DNA of 64,000 nt from Candidatus Versatilivorator sp. (lineage in GTDB: Bacteria > Acidobacteriota > Terriglobia > Versatilivoradales > Versatilivoraceae). Below the pieces are notes generated by a model. The model saw only the letters and a list, made by a program, of their open reading frames with translations, searched no databases and was not told the origin of the DNA. A program made the translations under genes and the position numbers. Of this stretch, positions 19,928 through 30,630 are shown piece after piece (positions within the stretch are counted from its first letter, which is position 1; the number at the start of each line of letters is the position of its first letter). The stretch is from contig OZ242296.1 in the NCBI GenBank assembly GCA_965207735.1, positions 3,008,001-3,072,000 of the forward strand, given 5' to 3'.

Positions 19928-21013
19928 GTGTCTATCTTTCGGCAAATCCGCCTCGTCCTGGTTCTGATGGGCTTGAGCTGGCTGCAGCTTGCCCCGGGCT
20001 TCAGCCAAGCCCGTTCAGCCTCGGATTGGCTGGCTCATGACCCCGACCGGCCCCGGCCGCCGGTGGTGTCGCCGGCGCGCCAATCCCTGCCGGTGACTCC
20101 TCCCGAGGATGCCGTGGTGCTGTTCAATGGGACCAGTCTGGAGGGATGGAGAAGCGAGGACGGCGGGCCGGCGGGCTGGAGAGTCGAGGACGGGGCCATG
20201 ATTTCAGTGCCCGAAAGCGGCTACTTGTATACCTCCCGTGCCTTCGGGGACGTACAGCTTCACGTGGAATGGGCGGCTCCCCTTCCGGTGGAGGGCAGCA
20301 GTCAGGGGCGCGGCAACAGCGGCGTCTACCTGATGTCCAAGTACGAAGTCCAGGTTCTCGACTCCTACCAGAACGATACCTATCCCGACGGTCAGGCGGG
20401 CGCCGTCTACGGGCAGTATCCCCCACTGGTGAACGCCAGTCTTCCCCCCGGGGAGTGGCAGGCCTACGACATCATCTTTCGCCGCCCCCGCTTTCACCGG
20501 GACGGACGGCTGGCCTCGCCGGCCCGGATGACGGTCATTCACAATGGAATCCTGGTGCAGGACAACGTCGAGCTCTGGGGACCCACGGCCTGGCTGCAGC
20601 ATGCGCCCTACACCTACCACCCCGACAAGCTGCCGCTTGCCCTGCAGGACCACGGCAACCCGGTCCGGTTCCGCAATATCTGGCTGCGGGAACTGCCGGA
20701 GCATGCCGAGCCCGAGCCGCCCCCCCGCCCTGGCCCGCCTGCCATCTCTCTGGCCCCCGGAGTGCTGAAGCGCTATGCCGGCCGTTACCGGACCTCGGAC
20801 GGACACGAGTTCGTGATCTCCCTGCACGGGGACCACCTGAGGGCGTTTTTTTATCGGCAACCGGAGATCGAGCTGGTGCCCCGCTCGGAAAGGGAGTTCG
20901 CCCTGCGCTGGACGGCGGCCCGAGTGCTGTTCGAACTGGATGGGGAGGGGCGTCCCACCGCACTCATCTTCGAGATCGGGGGCGACCGGCGTCGGGTCAA
21001 GCGGGTTGACTGA
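19928..21013 (+). CDS. DUF1080 (3-keto-disaccharide hydrolase-like) protein with C-terminal DUF3471-like domain
   Basis: LFNG.SL.GW, GNSGVY, YEVQVLD, LQDHGNPVRFRNIW; LKRYAGRY domain; GTG start after GGAGGAG. Confidence 0.85.
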   Translation: MSIFRQIRLVLVLMGLSWLQLAPGFSQARSASDWLAHDPDRPRPPVVSPARQSLPVTPPEDAVVLFNGTSLEGWRSEDGGPAGWRVEDGAMISVPESGYLYTSRAFGDVQLHVEWAAPLPVEGSSQGRGNSGVYLMSKYEVQVLDSYQNDTYPDGQAGAVYGQYPPLVNASLPPGEWQAYDIIFRRPRFHRDGRLASPARMTVIHNGILVQDNVELWGPTAWLQHAPYTYHPDKLPLALQDHGNPVRFRNIWLRELPEHAEPEPPPRPGPPAISLAPGVLKRYAGRYRTSDGHEFVISLHGDHLRAFFYRQPEIELVPRSEREFALRWTAARVLFELDGEGRPTALIFEIGGDRRRVKRVD

Positions 21014-21025
21014 AGGTAAAGACGC

Positions 21026-21118
21026 ATGACAGGCAATATCGAGGTATTTTGTCGGGATAAAGGATACGAGCCGGCGATCATCTGTACACCGGAGGAACTC
21101 TTGGAGGGTGCAATATGA
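21026..21118 (+). pseudogene. C-terminal fragment of a PIN-domain toxin
   Basis: Reads IEVFCRDKGYEPAIICTPEELLEG*, like PIN C-termini; ATGA overlap with next gene. Confidence 0.6.
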
Positions 21119-21306
21119 GGGACGATCCCATCGTCGCAGAAGTACGGCGGATCAGGCATGAGCATGCAGCGCGGTTCAAGTACGATTTGGACTCGATCGT
21201 GAAAGATCTCAAAGCGCAAGAGCGGGCAAGCGGCCGATCATACATCAACTTGCCCCCGCGTCGTTTGGCCGTTCGGCAGACGAGGCCACCGGCTGCAACC
21301 GACTGA
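21115..21306 (+). CDS. Small putative antitoxin (DPIVxEVR family)
   Basis: MRDDPIVAEVRRIRHEHAARFKYDL; coupled to PIN remnant. Confidence 0.7.
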   Translation: MRDDPIVAEVRRIRHEHAARFKYDLDSIVKDLKAQERASGRSYINLPPRRLAVRQTRPPAATD

Positions 21307-21470
21307 CATCCCTCCTCACTCCGGTTCGTTTGAGCTTGATAGGTAAACGGAACTGAGAACGTACAGCCTATCGACGCCAATGCCTCTCAATGAGCCACTG
21401 GGCGCGGATGGCGATTCTTGAGGAACAGCTTGAACAGATCAGCAATGAGAATATTCAAAGAATGCGGCAG

Positions 21471-21515
21471 TCATCACTGTCTCCACGGTAGAATCTAACG
21501 AAAAATTCTACCCTA
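21471..21515 (-). repeat. Second copy of vapB operator/RBS/start region
   Basis: 38/46 identity by hand alignment to 24634-24679; GGTAGAAT-N10-ATTCTACC palindrome. Confidence 0.7.
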
Positions 21516-23843
21516 AGCTCCAACTGTCTGCGACCGGTAGATGATTCGCATCAGGTGCAACTCGTCATAACTGACGCTCTTGTCGAAGGCATCGAAAACC
21601 GGCCGCAGGAAATCCGCGCCTAATTCATCGAAGGCTGCCAGCACCTGTTCTTGCACCTCTGATGACAACTGTGACTCGGCCCGAAACCGTTCTACCGGGA
21701 GCACATTCCCCGATTGTACGTCCCTTTCCAAATGAGAGATGATCGTCTGGCGTTTCACTCCATAGGCCTGCATCAGTTGGGTCACCGATTCTCCGTCCCG
21801 GAATCGTTCTCCGACTTCCCGGCTGCGAGAATTCATGGGTTTTGAAGCGGAAGTTGGGCGACGGGACGGTCTTGGATGCTCTGACAGCCCCTGTTCCCGG
21901 CAATAAGCGGCGATGATGGGTAAGAAGAGGTCGGCGTATCTTGTAACTTTCGCCTGTCCGATACCGTGCAGTCTCTCCAACGTCGTTTCGGAGTGAGGGA
22001 AATAGGTTGCCATCTCTTGCAGGGACCGGTCGGAGAAGATCACATAGGGTGGAACGTTGGCAGTATCCGCCAGCTCCTTGCGCTTGGTGCGGAGCTGTTC
22101 GAAGAGTTGACGGTCGTACGCGGCGGTTTCGCCGGACGGAACACCGCGGCCGGAAGACTTCCGGCCTGTTTCCACCGGTGTCCCCGACACCTTTTTCCCC
22201 CTGAGAACAGCCCACCCCGTCTGCGTCAACTTGACGCTGCCGTGTTCCATGTGTCGCGCAAGGAGCTTCTGTTGGATGAGCTGTTGCGCCAGGAGTTTCC
22301 ATTGTTCGGCGGAATACTCCTTGCCTATGCCATAAGTCGAGAGACGGTCATGTCGTTGCCTTATCACCTTTATTGCCCGCGAACCGCGCAACACATCGAT
22401 GATGTGACCGATGCCGAAAACCTGGTCCGTTCGCACAATGCAGGAGAGAAATTTTTGTGCCGGAACGGTCAAGTCAACCTGCTCCTCTTCTTTCTTGAGG
22501 CAGTTGTCGCAGGCTCGGCAGTTTTCCGATTGGTACACCTCTCCGAAATAGGCTAACAATTCGCTTCGGCGGCATTCGCCCGAGGTCGCCCAATTCACCA
22601 TGGCTTTCAAGCGCTCTCGCCGTCCCTCGCTTTCAGAGACCGCACCCTGCCGGATGAAGTATTGGATGGTGTCTACGTCGCCATAGCTGAACAGCAGCAG
22701 ACAATCTGCCCGAAGTCCGTCTCGACCGGCGCGCCCGATTTCCTGGTAGTAGCTTTCAACGCTCTGGGGCAAATCCACATGGAGCACAAAGCGCACGTCC
22801 GGCTTGTCGATACCCATGCCAAAGGCAATCGTCGCCACCATGACCCTTACGTTGTCGCGGATGAAGGCCTGCTGGTTGTTCTTGCGAGTTTCATCCTCAA
22901 GGCCGGCATGATAGGGCAATGCGGAGAACCCCTGCTCCACCAGTGCCTCGTGCAGCCAGTCCACTTGTCGACGGGTGGCACAGTAGATGATTCCCGACTG
23001 GTTGGGATGGGCTGCGAGGAAATCGAGCGATTGTCGCAGCAGGTTTGTCTTCGGCTCGACGGCGATAAAGAGGTTTGAGCGATCGAAGCTGGCAATGAAC
23101 TGGTTTTCATTGCGGAGACCCAATGTTTGCCTGATGTCGGTTTGGACACGGGGGGTCGCCGTTGCCGTCAGGGCAACGCATACGGCGTGTGGAAATCGCT
23201 TCCGTACAGAGTCCAGTTGGCGGTATTCCGGGCGAAAATCGTGTCCCCACTGCGAAATACAGTGGGCTTCATCAATGGCCAGGCAGTCCAGCCGACAGTC
23301 GTCGAGGAGGCGCAATGTTTCAGGACGCAGAAGCGATTCGGGCGCAAGGTAGAGCAGCTTCACCTCGCCCGTTCTGAGCCAATCGACGGTCGAAACATAT
23401 TCGTCGTGGTTGAGGGTGCTGTTGATAAAAACGGCAGCTACCCCGAACTGCAGCAACTGTGTCACCTGGTCCTGCATGAGTGAAATGAGCGGCGATACCA
23501 CCACCGTCAGCCCGTCGAAGAACAGCGCCGGCAGTTGGTAGCACAGGGACTTGCCCCCGCCGGTGGGCATGATGATCAAGGTGTCGCGCCCTTTCCGAAC
23601 GTTCTCGGTGATCTCCAGCTGTAGCGGTCGAAATTCGTCGTAGCCGAAGACGGTCTTGAGGACCTGTTGGGGAGACTGCGTGGTGGATGGTGAATTTCGG
23701 TTGGCGACTGGGGGAATGCAGTGGTCATGGACCGGTTTGCGCCCCCTTTCCGTTTCAGTAGGGTCTGGTGCCCGGCCGGATTCCTCCGGCGAACCGGCTT
23801 CGTCAATTCCGTAGACACCACTAGCCACAATCTTGGGTTTCAT
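21513..23843 (-). CDS. recQ: DNA helicase RecQ with HRDC and C-terminal HTH
   Basis: [25 protein letters not shown] Zn cysteines, PPYVIFSD (HRDC); true start may be downstream. Confidence 0.96.
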   Translation of the reverse strand: MKPKIVASGVYGIDEAGSPEESGRAPDPTETERGRKPVHDHCIPPVANRNSPSTTQSPQQVLKTVFGYDEFRPLQLEITENVRKGRDTLIIMPTGGGKSLCYQLPALFFDGLTVVVSPLISLMQDQVTQLLQFGVAAVFINSTLNHDEYVSTVDWLRTGEVKLLYLAPESLLRPETLRLLDDCRLDCLAIDEAHCISQWGHDFRPEYRQLDSVRKRFPHAVCVALTATATPRVQTDIRQTLGLRNENQFIASFDRSNLFIAVEPKTNLLRQSLDFLAAHPNQSGIIYCATRRQVDWLHEALVEQGFSALPYHAGLEDETRKNNQQAFIRDNVRVMVATIAFGMGIDKPDVRFVLHVDLPQSVESYYQEIGRAGRDGLRADCLLLFSYGDVDTIQYFIRQGAVSESEGRRERLKAMVNWATSGECRRSELLAYFGEVYQSENCRACDNCLKKEEEQVDLTVPAQKFLSCIVRTDQVFGIGHIIDVLRGSRAIKVIRQRHDRLSTYGIGKEYSAEQWKLLAQQLIQQKLLARHMEHGSVKLTQTGWAVLRGKKVSGTPVETGRKSSGRGVPSGETAAYDRQLFEQLRTKRKELADTANVPPYVIFSDRSLQEMATYFPHSETTLERLHGIGQAKVTRYADLFLPIIAAYCREQGLSEHPRPSRRPTSASKPMNSRSREVGERFRDGESVTQLMQAYGVKRQTIISHLERDVQSGNVLPVERFRAESQLSSEVQEQVLAAFDELGADFLRPVFDAFDKSVSYDELHLMRIIYRSQTVGA

Positions 23844-23996
23844 CGCTCTCCTCTCTTAATCGGTACGGCTTGAGGGAGTGAAATGAATGGCCAAACAGGA
23901 ACTGTTGGCCGGCAGTGAGTCGGTCAAGGATTTCAGACTGTAAACGGGAATGGGTGGGTGACGGGACATTCTTGCGGAAGTGTTCCAGTGCTCCGG

Positions 23997-24383
23997 TCAC
24001 GCCGGCTCAATGTCGGTTTGGGCAATATTCTTGCCCTTGAACAAAAGGGGTTCCCCCGTGGTTTCCGCAAGCGCGTAGGCAAAGCAGTCACCGAAGTTCA
24101 ACCTTGCCGGATGGTTGCCTCTGCCGAAACGCCGCCACGCCAGCCGGGCGACCTCCACCTGTCGAGGCGTGACCGGCACCAGCTCGATTCCTGCCGTTTC
24201 CAGAAAGACCTCAAGTTCATAACCCGCAGCCAAACCCCCGCGGCTCTCCACGACAATAGAGGTTTCCAGAAGACTGGCCGCTGACATTCGGCAAGCTTGA
24301 GCGGCTGCTATCGTCTTTTCGTAATACTCCGCGTCCCGCTCACCGAACAGGATCGCGAGAACCACGGATGAATCGAGGATCAC
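23997..24383 (-). CDS. vapC: VapC PIN-domain toxin
   Basis: MILDSS, LNFGDCFAYALA, LLFKG. Confidence 0.93.
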   Translation of the reverse strand: MILDSSVVLAILFGERDAEYYEKTIAAAQACRMSAASLLETSIVVESRGGLAAGYELEVFLETAGIELVPVTPRQVEVARLAWRRFGRGNHPARLNFGDCFAYALAETTGEPLLFKGKNIAQTDIEPA

Positions 24384-24640
24384 TTGGGCAGGCCCCGCTC
24401 GTCGTAAAGCAGGTCACCATGTTCCAGGGAGGAGGCCCCCTCTCCCACCAGCTTGGCACAGCGTTGTCCGATGGCATGCAACTCTTGAGCAAGGGCATCG
24501 ACACTACGTCGGCGCTTCTCTCGAGCCAGCCGTTCCCGTAGCGCAACGGTAATGGCGCCTGTCTTGGTCTCGCCGGTAAGCTCGGCAAGCTCCCCGGCGA
24601 GTTGGCAGGCCTCTTCATTCTTGATGTTGAGACTCATCAC
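24380..24640 (-). CDS. vapB: VapB antitoxin (Rv0623-like)
   Basis: MSLNIKN...A.ELA..TGE.KT.A, LLYDERGLPK; 4-bp overlap with vapC. Confidence 0.9.
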   Translation of the reverse strand: MMSLNIKNEEACQLAGELAELTGETKTGAITVALRERLAREKRRRSVDALAQELHAIGQRCAKLVGEGASSLEHGDLLYDERGLPK

Positions 24641-24647
24641 TGCCTCC

Positions 24648-24678
24648 AGGGTAGAATTCTCATTTACAATTCTACCCT
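24648..24678 (-). promoter_or_regulatory. vapBC operator/promoter palindrome
   Basis: Perfect 11-bp inverted repeat AGGGTAGAATT-N9-AATTCTACCCT just upstream of GGAGG RBS; contains TAGAAT -10-like hexamer. Confidence 0.75.
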
Positions 24679-24890
24679 AGGCATCCAACCGAATGCGACC
24701 AAGTTGCCGCGTCAGGGAGAAGGGGCGCCCGTACGTCCCGGATCGAAAGCGCAGCCGGTGTGTTCTCCGAATGACGCACCGGCGCCCTCTCGCGGGCGGG
24801 GAACGTCACAGCCAAACTGTAGAAGCATTGCAGGGGACAGGGAGGGAGTGCTGTACCTGCGGTCCGACTCGAAATGGTCGTCAGCCTGCC

Positions 24891-26396
24891 TCAGACCAGA
24901 ATTTCTTTCATCACCCGGCCGCCCAGGTCGGTGAGGCGTTTGAAGCGTCCGGCGTGGTAATAGGTGAGCTGCATGTCATCCAGCCCCATGCAGTGCAGGA
25001 TGGTGGCATGCAGGTCGTGCAGATGGTAGACGTTTTCGGCGGCATTGATGCCCAGTTCGTCGGTGGCGCCGACTACCGTGCCTCCCTTGATGCCGGCCCC
25101 GGCGAACCACATGATCATGGCGTCCTTGTTGTGGTCGCGGCCCGGGTTGGACCGGAAGAAGTCCATCGAGTTGTCGGCGGTGCGGCCGAATTCCCCGCCC
25201 CAGACCACCAGGGTTTCGTCCAGCAGGCCCCGCTGCTTGAGGTCCTTGAGGAGACCGGCCACCGGCTGGTCGGTTTCCAGGCCCCGTTTGCGGTGCTCCA
25301 GGGCGATATTCTCGTGGGAGTCCCAGCCTTCGCAGTAGATCTGGACGAAGCGCACCCCCCTTTCCACCAGGCGGCGGGCCATCAGGCACTTGCGGGCCAT
25401 GTGCTCCGACATGGCGTGGTTGAGCCCGTAGAGCTCCTTGATGTCCTCCGGCTCCTTGTCGATGTCCAGGGCCTCGGGGACGGCGAACTGCATGCGGAAG
25501 GCCAGCTCGTAGTTCCGCATGCGCCCCAGCAGGTCGCTGTTGGAGGGGTGGGACCCCAACAACCTTCGGTTGAGCCGGTTGAGCAGTCCGATGCTGGCCT
25601 CCTGCCGCTGCGGCGTCACTCCTTGCGGGGGTTCCAGGTCCACAATCGGGACCCCCTCGGAGCTCAACAGGGTCCCCTGGCACACGGCCGGCAGGTAGCC
25701 GTTGGAGTAGTTGACGGCTCCTCCCTCGATCCCCCGGCGCTTGTCGGGCAAGACCACGAAGGCCGGCAGGTTCTGGTTCTCGGTGCCCAGGCCGTAGACC
25801 GCCCAGGAGCCCAGGGACGGGCTGCCGGGAATGGGAAGTCCGGTGTTCATCAGGAAGCTGCCCACCGGGTGGCTGCTGGAATCGGTGTGGAGGGACCTGA
25901 CCACGGCCATATCGTCAACGCAGGTAGCCAAGTGGGGAAAGATCTCGGAGACTTCGGTGCCACTCTTGCCGTGCCGGGCGAACTTGAAGGGGCTCCCGAC
26001 GTAGATGCGCTTTTCCAGGCTGCCGTAAATGCGGGTCACCGGGGTGCCGTGGAAGCGGGACAGCGCCGGCTTGGGGTCGAAGGTGTCCATCTGGCTGGGA
26101 GCACCGAACATGAAAAGAAAGATGCAGGACTTGGCCTTGCCGGGCAGGTGGGGAGGCTTGGGGGCCAGAGGATTGCCGGTGGTCTTGGAGGCGGCCAGCA
26201 GGCCCTCCTGGCAAAGCATGGAGGAAAGCGCCACCGATCCCAACCCCTTGCCGAGTCGGTAGACGAATTCCCTCCGGCCCAATCCCGGGTCGTTTGCGGC
26301 CGGCACGGGCTCCAGGTCGCTGCAGAGCTGCACTCCGTTGTTTCGCAGGAGCCATTGGCCCTTGCCGACTCTTGACGGTTGCCTGTCGTATTTCAT
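24891..26396 (-). CDS. DUF1501 domain protein (Tat-like signal)
   Basis: GRREFV, AKSCIFLFM.GAPSQMDTFDPKP, GEFGRT, GRDHN. Confidence 0.9.
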   Translation of the reverse strand: MKYDRQPSRVGKGQWLLRNNGVQLCSDLEPVPAANDPGLGRREFVYRLGKGLGSVALSSMLCQEGLLAASKTTGNPLAPKPPHLPGKAKSCIFLFMFGAPSQMDTFDPKPALSRFHGTPVTRIYGSLEKRIYVGSPFKFARHGKSGTEVSEIFPHLATCVDDMAVVRSLHTDSSSHPVGSFLMNTGLPIPGSPSLGSWAVYGLGTENQNLPAFVVLPDKRRGIEGGAVNYSNGYLPAVCQGTLLSSEGVPIVDLEPPQGVTPQRQEASIGLLNRLNRRLLGSHPSNSDLLGRMRNYELAFRMQFAVPEALDIDKEPEDIKELYGLNHAMSEHMARKCLMARRLVERGVRFVQIYCEGWDSHENIALEHRKRGLETDQPVAGLLKDLKQRGLLDETLVVWGGEFGRTADNSMDFFRSNPGRDHNKDAMIMWFAGAGIKGGTVVGATDELGINAAENVYHLHDLHATILHCMGLDDMQLTYYHAGRFKRLTDLGGRVMKEILV

Positions 26397-26411
26397 AATT
26401 ACGAACGCCTT

Positions 26412-28919
26412 TTACTCCAGATAGATGAATTCGTTCATGTTCAGCAACACCAGGCAGAGCTCCTGCAAGCTTCCCTGCTGTCCTTTCAGCCCCGAGGCGG
26501 CCCCGGAGGAATCGCCCAGCGCAGCAGGAGTCAGGGTGAGCCGGCGCGGCGCCGGCTGCAGGAAAACCAGGCAATCCACCGCTTCCGAGGGATCGGGATC
26601 CCGCTGCAAGGCCAACTGGAAGGCTCGCTTGACCTGCAGGGCCACATCCTCCCCAACCTCTTGTCGAATGCGACCTGCCATGGCCCCGGCCTGCTGGTGG
26701 GCGAAGGCTCCGTTGAACAGCGAGAAGACCTGGCTGGTGACGGTGGTGACGTTTCGGACGGCGCACCTCTCGGAGGTGTTGGGTCCGTCGAATACGGTCA
26801 TCATCGGGAGTTGGAAGGACCGCATCTGCAGCATGTAGATGCTGCGACGGTTCCTGTCTTCCTGGGGAGAGGGCTCCCACCAGGTGCGAGAGCGCTTCTG
26901 CCACTCATCCTCGGCGGCCGGAAGGAAGGGCGGTCCGCCCATGACCGGGTTCAGGTTGCCGCTTACGGACATCAGGCTGTCCCGAATGACCTCGGCCTCG
27001 GCCCGAATGGGGCTGCGCTTCCACAGCAACTGGTTGGCTGAGTCGATCTCCTCGAACGCCGCGTTCTCCGGGTTCTCCACCGACTGGCGATAGACGCTCG
27101 AATGCAGGATCAGGCGGTGCATTTCCTTGACGCTCCAGCCTCCCTCCACAAACTGCCAGGCGAGCCAGTCGAGAAGATCCTGATGGTGGGTGCCGCTGCC
27201 GTTCCTGCCGAAATCGCTGGCCGTCCTCACCAGTCCCTGGCCGAAGTGGTGCTGCCAGATGCGGTTGACCATGACCCGGGCCGTCAGGGGATTGTCCCGG
27301 CTGGCGATCCACTCCGCCAGCAGCTTGCGCCGGCTGCGCCCCAGCCCGTCCAGGTTGGCGGGCTTGGAATGGCCGGTAACCGCGCTCAGGAACCCCGGTT
27401 TGACCTCGTCGCCCCTAAGCTTGAGATTGCCCCCCTTCAGGACATAGGTGGCCACCGCGCTGGTCAAGGGAGCGTCGGAGGTAAGGTAGGCCATCGCCTT
27501 GTAGTAGTCGGGGCTGCTGGGATTGGCGAAGCGGGCCGTCTGCCGTGTGATCAGAGCCAGCCGATCCTTTTCCTCCCGGGTGTAGAAGTCCCCCTTGGCG
27601 AAGGGCATCCGCTTGAGATCGGGGACGACCCAGTCCTTGAGGTCCTGAGGACTCATCAGGGTGTAGTGCGGCGCTTCCCGCTTTTTAAGCTCGGCCCTGA
27701 AGGCCTCGGCGGCCTGTTTGCGCTCATCAAGCACCTGGTCCCAGGCCTCCGACTTTTGTTTCCACCAATCGGGTTGCTGAAGAGGGGCTTCGTACTGGGT
27801 GAATTTCAGGGGCTTGGCGCTGAATGTCAGAGGAGCGAAGAAGGCTTCCAGCCGGTAGTAATCGCGGGTGGGAATGGGGTCGTACTTGTGGTCGTGGCAG
27901 CGGGCACATCCCAGCGTAACCCCCAGAAAGGTCTCGCCGGTAGTGTCCACCACGTCGATCAGGACGTCCCGCCGGCCTTCCGCGGCGCTGCGTTCCACCC
28001 GCACTCCCAGCGTCAGGAAGGAGGCCCCGATTCTCCCTTCCTCCCCATAAGCCGGAAAGGCATCTCCCGCCAACTGTTCCTTGATGAAGCGGTCGTAGGG
28101 ACGGTCCTGGTTGAAGGCCCGGATGACGTAGTCCCGGTAGCGCCACATGTGGGCGCGCGGGTATTCCAGCCCGCCGCCCCGCGTGTCGGCGTAGCGCACC
28201 AGGTCCAGCCAGTGCCGTCCCCAACGCTCGCCGTAGCGGGAGTCGGCCAGCAGCCGCTCGACAGCCCGGGAGTAGGCCTCGGACGACGAATCCTGCAGGA
28301 AGCGGGCCATGTCCTCGGGAGTCGGAGGCAGTCCGATCAACCCGAAATAGAGCCGCCGCAGCAAGGCCCGGCGGGAAGCGGGGGGCGCCGGCTGCAGTTC
28401 CTTCTTCTCCAATCGCGCCAGGATGAAAGCGTCGATGGGGTTGGCCACCCAATCCTGCTGCCTGACTTGGGGAACATCCGGCTCCTTCAACTCAGTCCAG
28501 GGCCAACCGGGCTTGTCCTGCTGCGTTCCCCCGGCCTCTTCAGAGACCGCCATCCCGTCGATCCATCGGGCAACCAGATCGATTTCCTCCGCGGACAGGG
28601 CACTGCCGCCCAAGGGCATGGCCGGCTGCCTCTCCCCCCGCAGGCGAAGCATCAGCGGACTGTCGGCGCTGTTCCCGGCAATGACGGCCGGTCCGTCCAG
28701 AGCGCCTCCCTTCAGCACCGATTCCACGGTTTCCAGAATCAGGCCGCTACGGTGGGATTGGGAACTGTGGCAACTGCCGCAGTTGCTCTCCAGAATGGGC
28801 CGGACATCCTGCGCGAAGCCGGGAGCGGCATCGGTCGGGTTGGAGGCGCCCAGACTGCTTCCATTCAGAAACAGGCCGAACAGGCCCAGGCCGAGCCAGT
28901 TCAGGTGGAACCTCGACAC
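26412..28919 (-). CDS. Planctomycete cytochrome c / DUF1549 / DUF1553 protein
   Basis: CGSCH and CARCH heme motifs, NPIDAFI, GERWGRHWLD, TARVMVNRIWQHHFG; start estimated at GTG before signal peptide. Confidence 0.9.
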   Translation of the reverse strand: MSRFHLNWLGLGLFGLFLNGSSLGASNPTDAAPGFAQDVRPILESNCGSCHSSQSHRSGLILETVESVLKGGALDGPAVIAGNSADSPLMLRLRGERQPAMPLGGSALSAEEIDLVARWIDGMAVSEEAGGTQQDKPGWPWTELKEPDVPQVRQQDWVANPIDAFILARLEKKELQPAPPASRRALLRRLYFGLIGLPPTPEDMARFLQDSSSEAYSRAVERLLADSRYGERWGRHWLDLVRYADTRGGGLEYPRAHMWRYRDYVIRAFNQDRPYDRFIKEQLAGDAFPAYGEEGRIGASFLTLGVRVERSAAEGRRDVLIDVVDTTGETFLGVTLGCARCHDHKYDPIPTRDYYRLEAFFAPLTFSAKPLKFTQYEAPLQQPDWWKQKSEAWDQVLDERKQAAEAFRAELKKREAPHYTLMSPQDLKDWVVPDLKRMPFAKGDFYTREEKDRLALITRQTARFANPSSPDYYKAMAYLTSDAPLTSAVATYVLKGGNLKLRGDEVKPGFLSAVTGHSKPANLDGLGRSRRKLLAEWIASRDNPLTARVMVNRIWQHHFGQGLVRTASDFGRNGSGTHHQDLLDWLAWQFVEGGWSVKEMHRLILHSSVYRQSVENPENAAFEEIDSANQLLWKRSPIRAEAEVIRDSLMSVSGNLNPVMGGPPFLPAAEDEWQKRSRTWWEPSPQEDRNRRSIYMLQMRSFQLPMMTVFDGPNTSERCAVRNVTTVTSQVFSLFNGAFAHQQAGAMAGRIRQEVGEDVALQVKRAFQLALQRDPDPSEAVDCLVFLQPAPRRLTLTPAALGDSSGAASGLKGQQGSLQELCLVLLNMNEFIYLE

Positions 28920-29292
28920 TTTGCGGTCTGGCGTGCTCGACCGATGCAGGCAGGTCAAGGCTCGAAGTGTTGGTGCGCTGGAAACCACCCCGATACCCCC
29001 TCTTGGGCTGAATTTGGGAACATTGAAATGTGTCACACTCCCCCGGCGGTTGTCAAGCGCAACAGGGAAAGCACAGCGGCCCATCGGACGGGGCGCCGGG
29101 ACGGTGAAGGACGCCGGCGGCGAACCGGCCACAATGGCTTGACCTGCCTTCCCCAACTGCGCCAAACTAGCGTTTTTCAGTGAGCAGTGACCGGGCAAGA
29201 AGGGCAGCTTGCCCCAAACCCTTACCAGGGAGTGCGCCGCTGGCGTTTGTCTCCGGGACCTGGAGCGCACCGCACCCAACGGAGGAAACGGC

Positions 29293-30510
29293 ATGAACCC
29301 AAAACGGGAACAGTTGCTGTCGGACGGATACGTGATCCTGCGCCAGGTCGTTCCCCCCGAACAACTGGATCGTTTGCGCAGCGATATCGAGACGGTGGTG
29401 GCTCGCCAGCGAGCCGGCGACCCCCAATGGGACACGACGCCGCAGCCGCGGGCTTCCATCGTAGACCAGGTGGATGCGGAGACCATCGGCGCCTTCGAGT
29501 TCCTGTTGCACCCCAACACCCACGGGGTCAGCGCCGAGGTGCTGGACTGCCCGACGGAGGCGGTGGCCTCCAACCAGGCCCTGGTCATCTGCAATCCCGA
29601 ATTTACGCCGGAAGCCCCCCCGCGGCCGGGACAGAACTGGGGGACCGATCCCCGCAACTGGCACCGTGACGTGCGGCCCGACCGGGATGGACCTCTGAGT
29701 GCGCACATCGAGGATCAGCTGGCCAACGGTCCCGGCTACGTGCAGTGGAATATCGCTCTTTACGAGGACCACATCCTCTACGTGGTCCCGGGCAGCCACC
29801 GCCGGCTGAGCACCGAGATCGAGTCCTCCCACCTGCAGGGGGAGCGCGGAACCACCAGTCCGGTTCCCGAGAGCCGGCCCGTGGAACTGGGGCCGGGGGA
29901 CGGCGTGGTCTACAACAACCTGATGCTGCACTGGGGCAGCAAGTACGGCCCCGAGAAGAAACGCCGCACCGTCCACCTGGGCTATCGCTCCTTCGGCCGC
30001 ACCTTTCCGCGCCAGCAGTGCAACCTGCCCATGGGCTTCTGGAACCGGTTCGCGGCAGGGACGCCGCAACGGCGGGTGGCTGAACACTGGTTCGGACTCT
30101 TTCAAACCGAGTTTGCCACCATCGAGGAGACCTTCCGAGCGGTTCTCTCGGGAAACGGGCAGGAGTTTCGGGCCGGACTGAGCCGCCTGCATCCGCCGGA
30201 AAACGGCCGGAGGACCTGCCTGATCCTGTTGGCCAAGCTGGCCCTGTCACTCCACAGGCAGAGAGGCTTGCCGGGGGATGAGGGCACCGGCCAGTCGGTT
30301 TACGATTGGCAGCTTCAGGAACTGGTTTCCCGTTTCACCGACCGGGAACTGGAACGCTTGTGGCGGCGTTTCGAGCCCATCGACGAGGCCCTGCGAAGCG
30401 GCGCCTCCAGGCATGTCTCCGGTTTCCTGGGACCGACCACCGACTACGAGTTCGAGCAGGTGCCGGCGGGGATGACGGCCGAGGGGATATGCGCCGAGGT
30501 TCTGGGTTAG
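29293..30510 (+). CDS. Phytanoyl-CoA dioxygenase (PhyH) family protein with C-terminal extension
   Basis: DGYVIL, WHRD, VPGSHRR, HWG; GGAGG RBS. Confidence 0.85.
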   Translation: MNPKREQLLSDGYVILRQVVPPEQLDRLRSDIETVVARQRAGDPQWDTTPQPRASIVDQVDAETIGAFEFLLHPNTHGVSAEVLDCPTEAVASNQALVICNPEFTPEAPPRPGQNWGTDPRNWHRDVRPDRDGPLSAHIEDQLANGPGYVQWNIALYEDHILYVVPGSHRRLSTEIESSHLQGERGTTSPVPESRPVELGPGDGVVYNNLMLHWGSKYGPEKKRRTVHLGYRSFGRTFPRQQCNLPMGFWNRFAAGTPQRRVAEHWFGLFQTEFATIEETFRAVLSGNGQEFRAGLSRLHPPENGRRTCLILLAKLALSLHRQRGLPGDEGTGQSVYDWQLQELVSRFTDRELERLWRRFEPIDEALRSGASRHVSGFLGPTTDYEFEQVPAGMTAEGICAEVLG

Positions 30511-30630
30511 CCGTATTGGTTCTTCCATTCCGGCCCGACGCTGCTTCCCGCCTGATACCGGCTTTCATTGAGCCAAGATAGGAAACTGAAGGCAGTCGCA
30601 ATCAGACGCAACACTGAAGGAGGTTGTCCC

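Noticed and set aside
28920-29708. N-terminal ~260 aa of the 1098-aa ORF
   Set aside because: Overlaps the opposite-strand PhyH gene; the signal peptide begins near 28919
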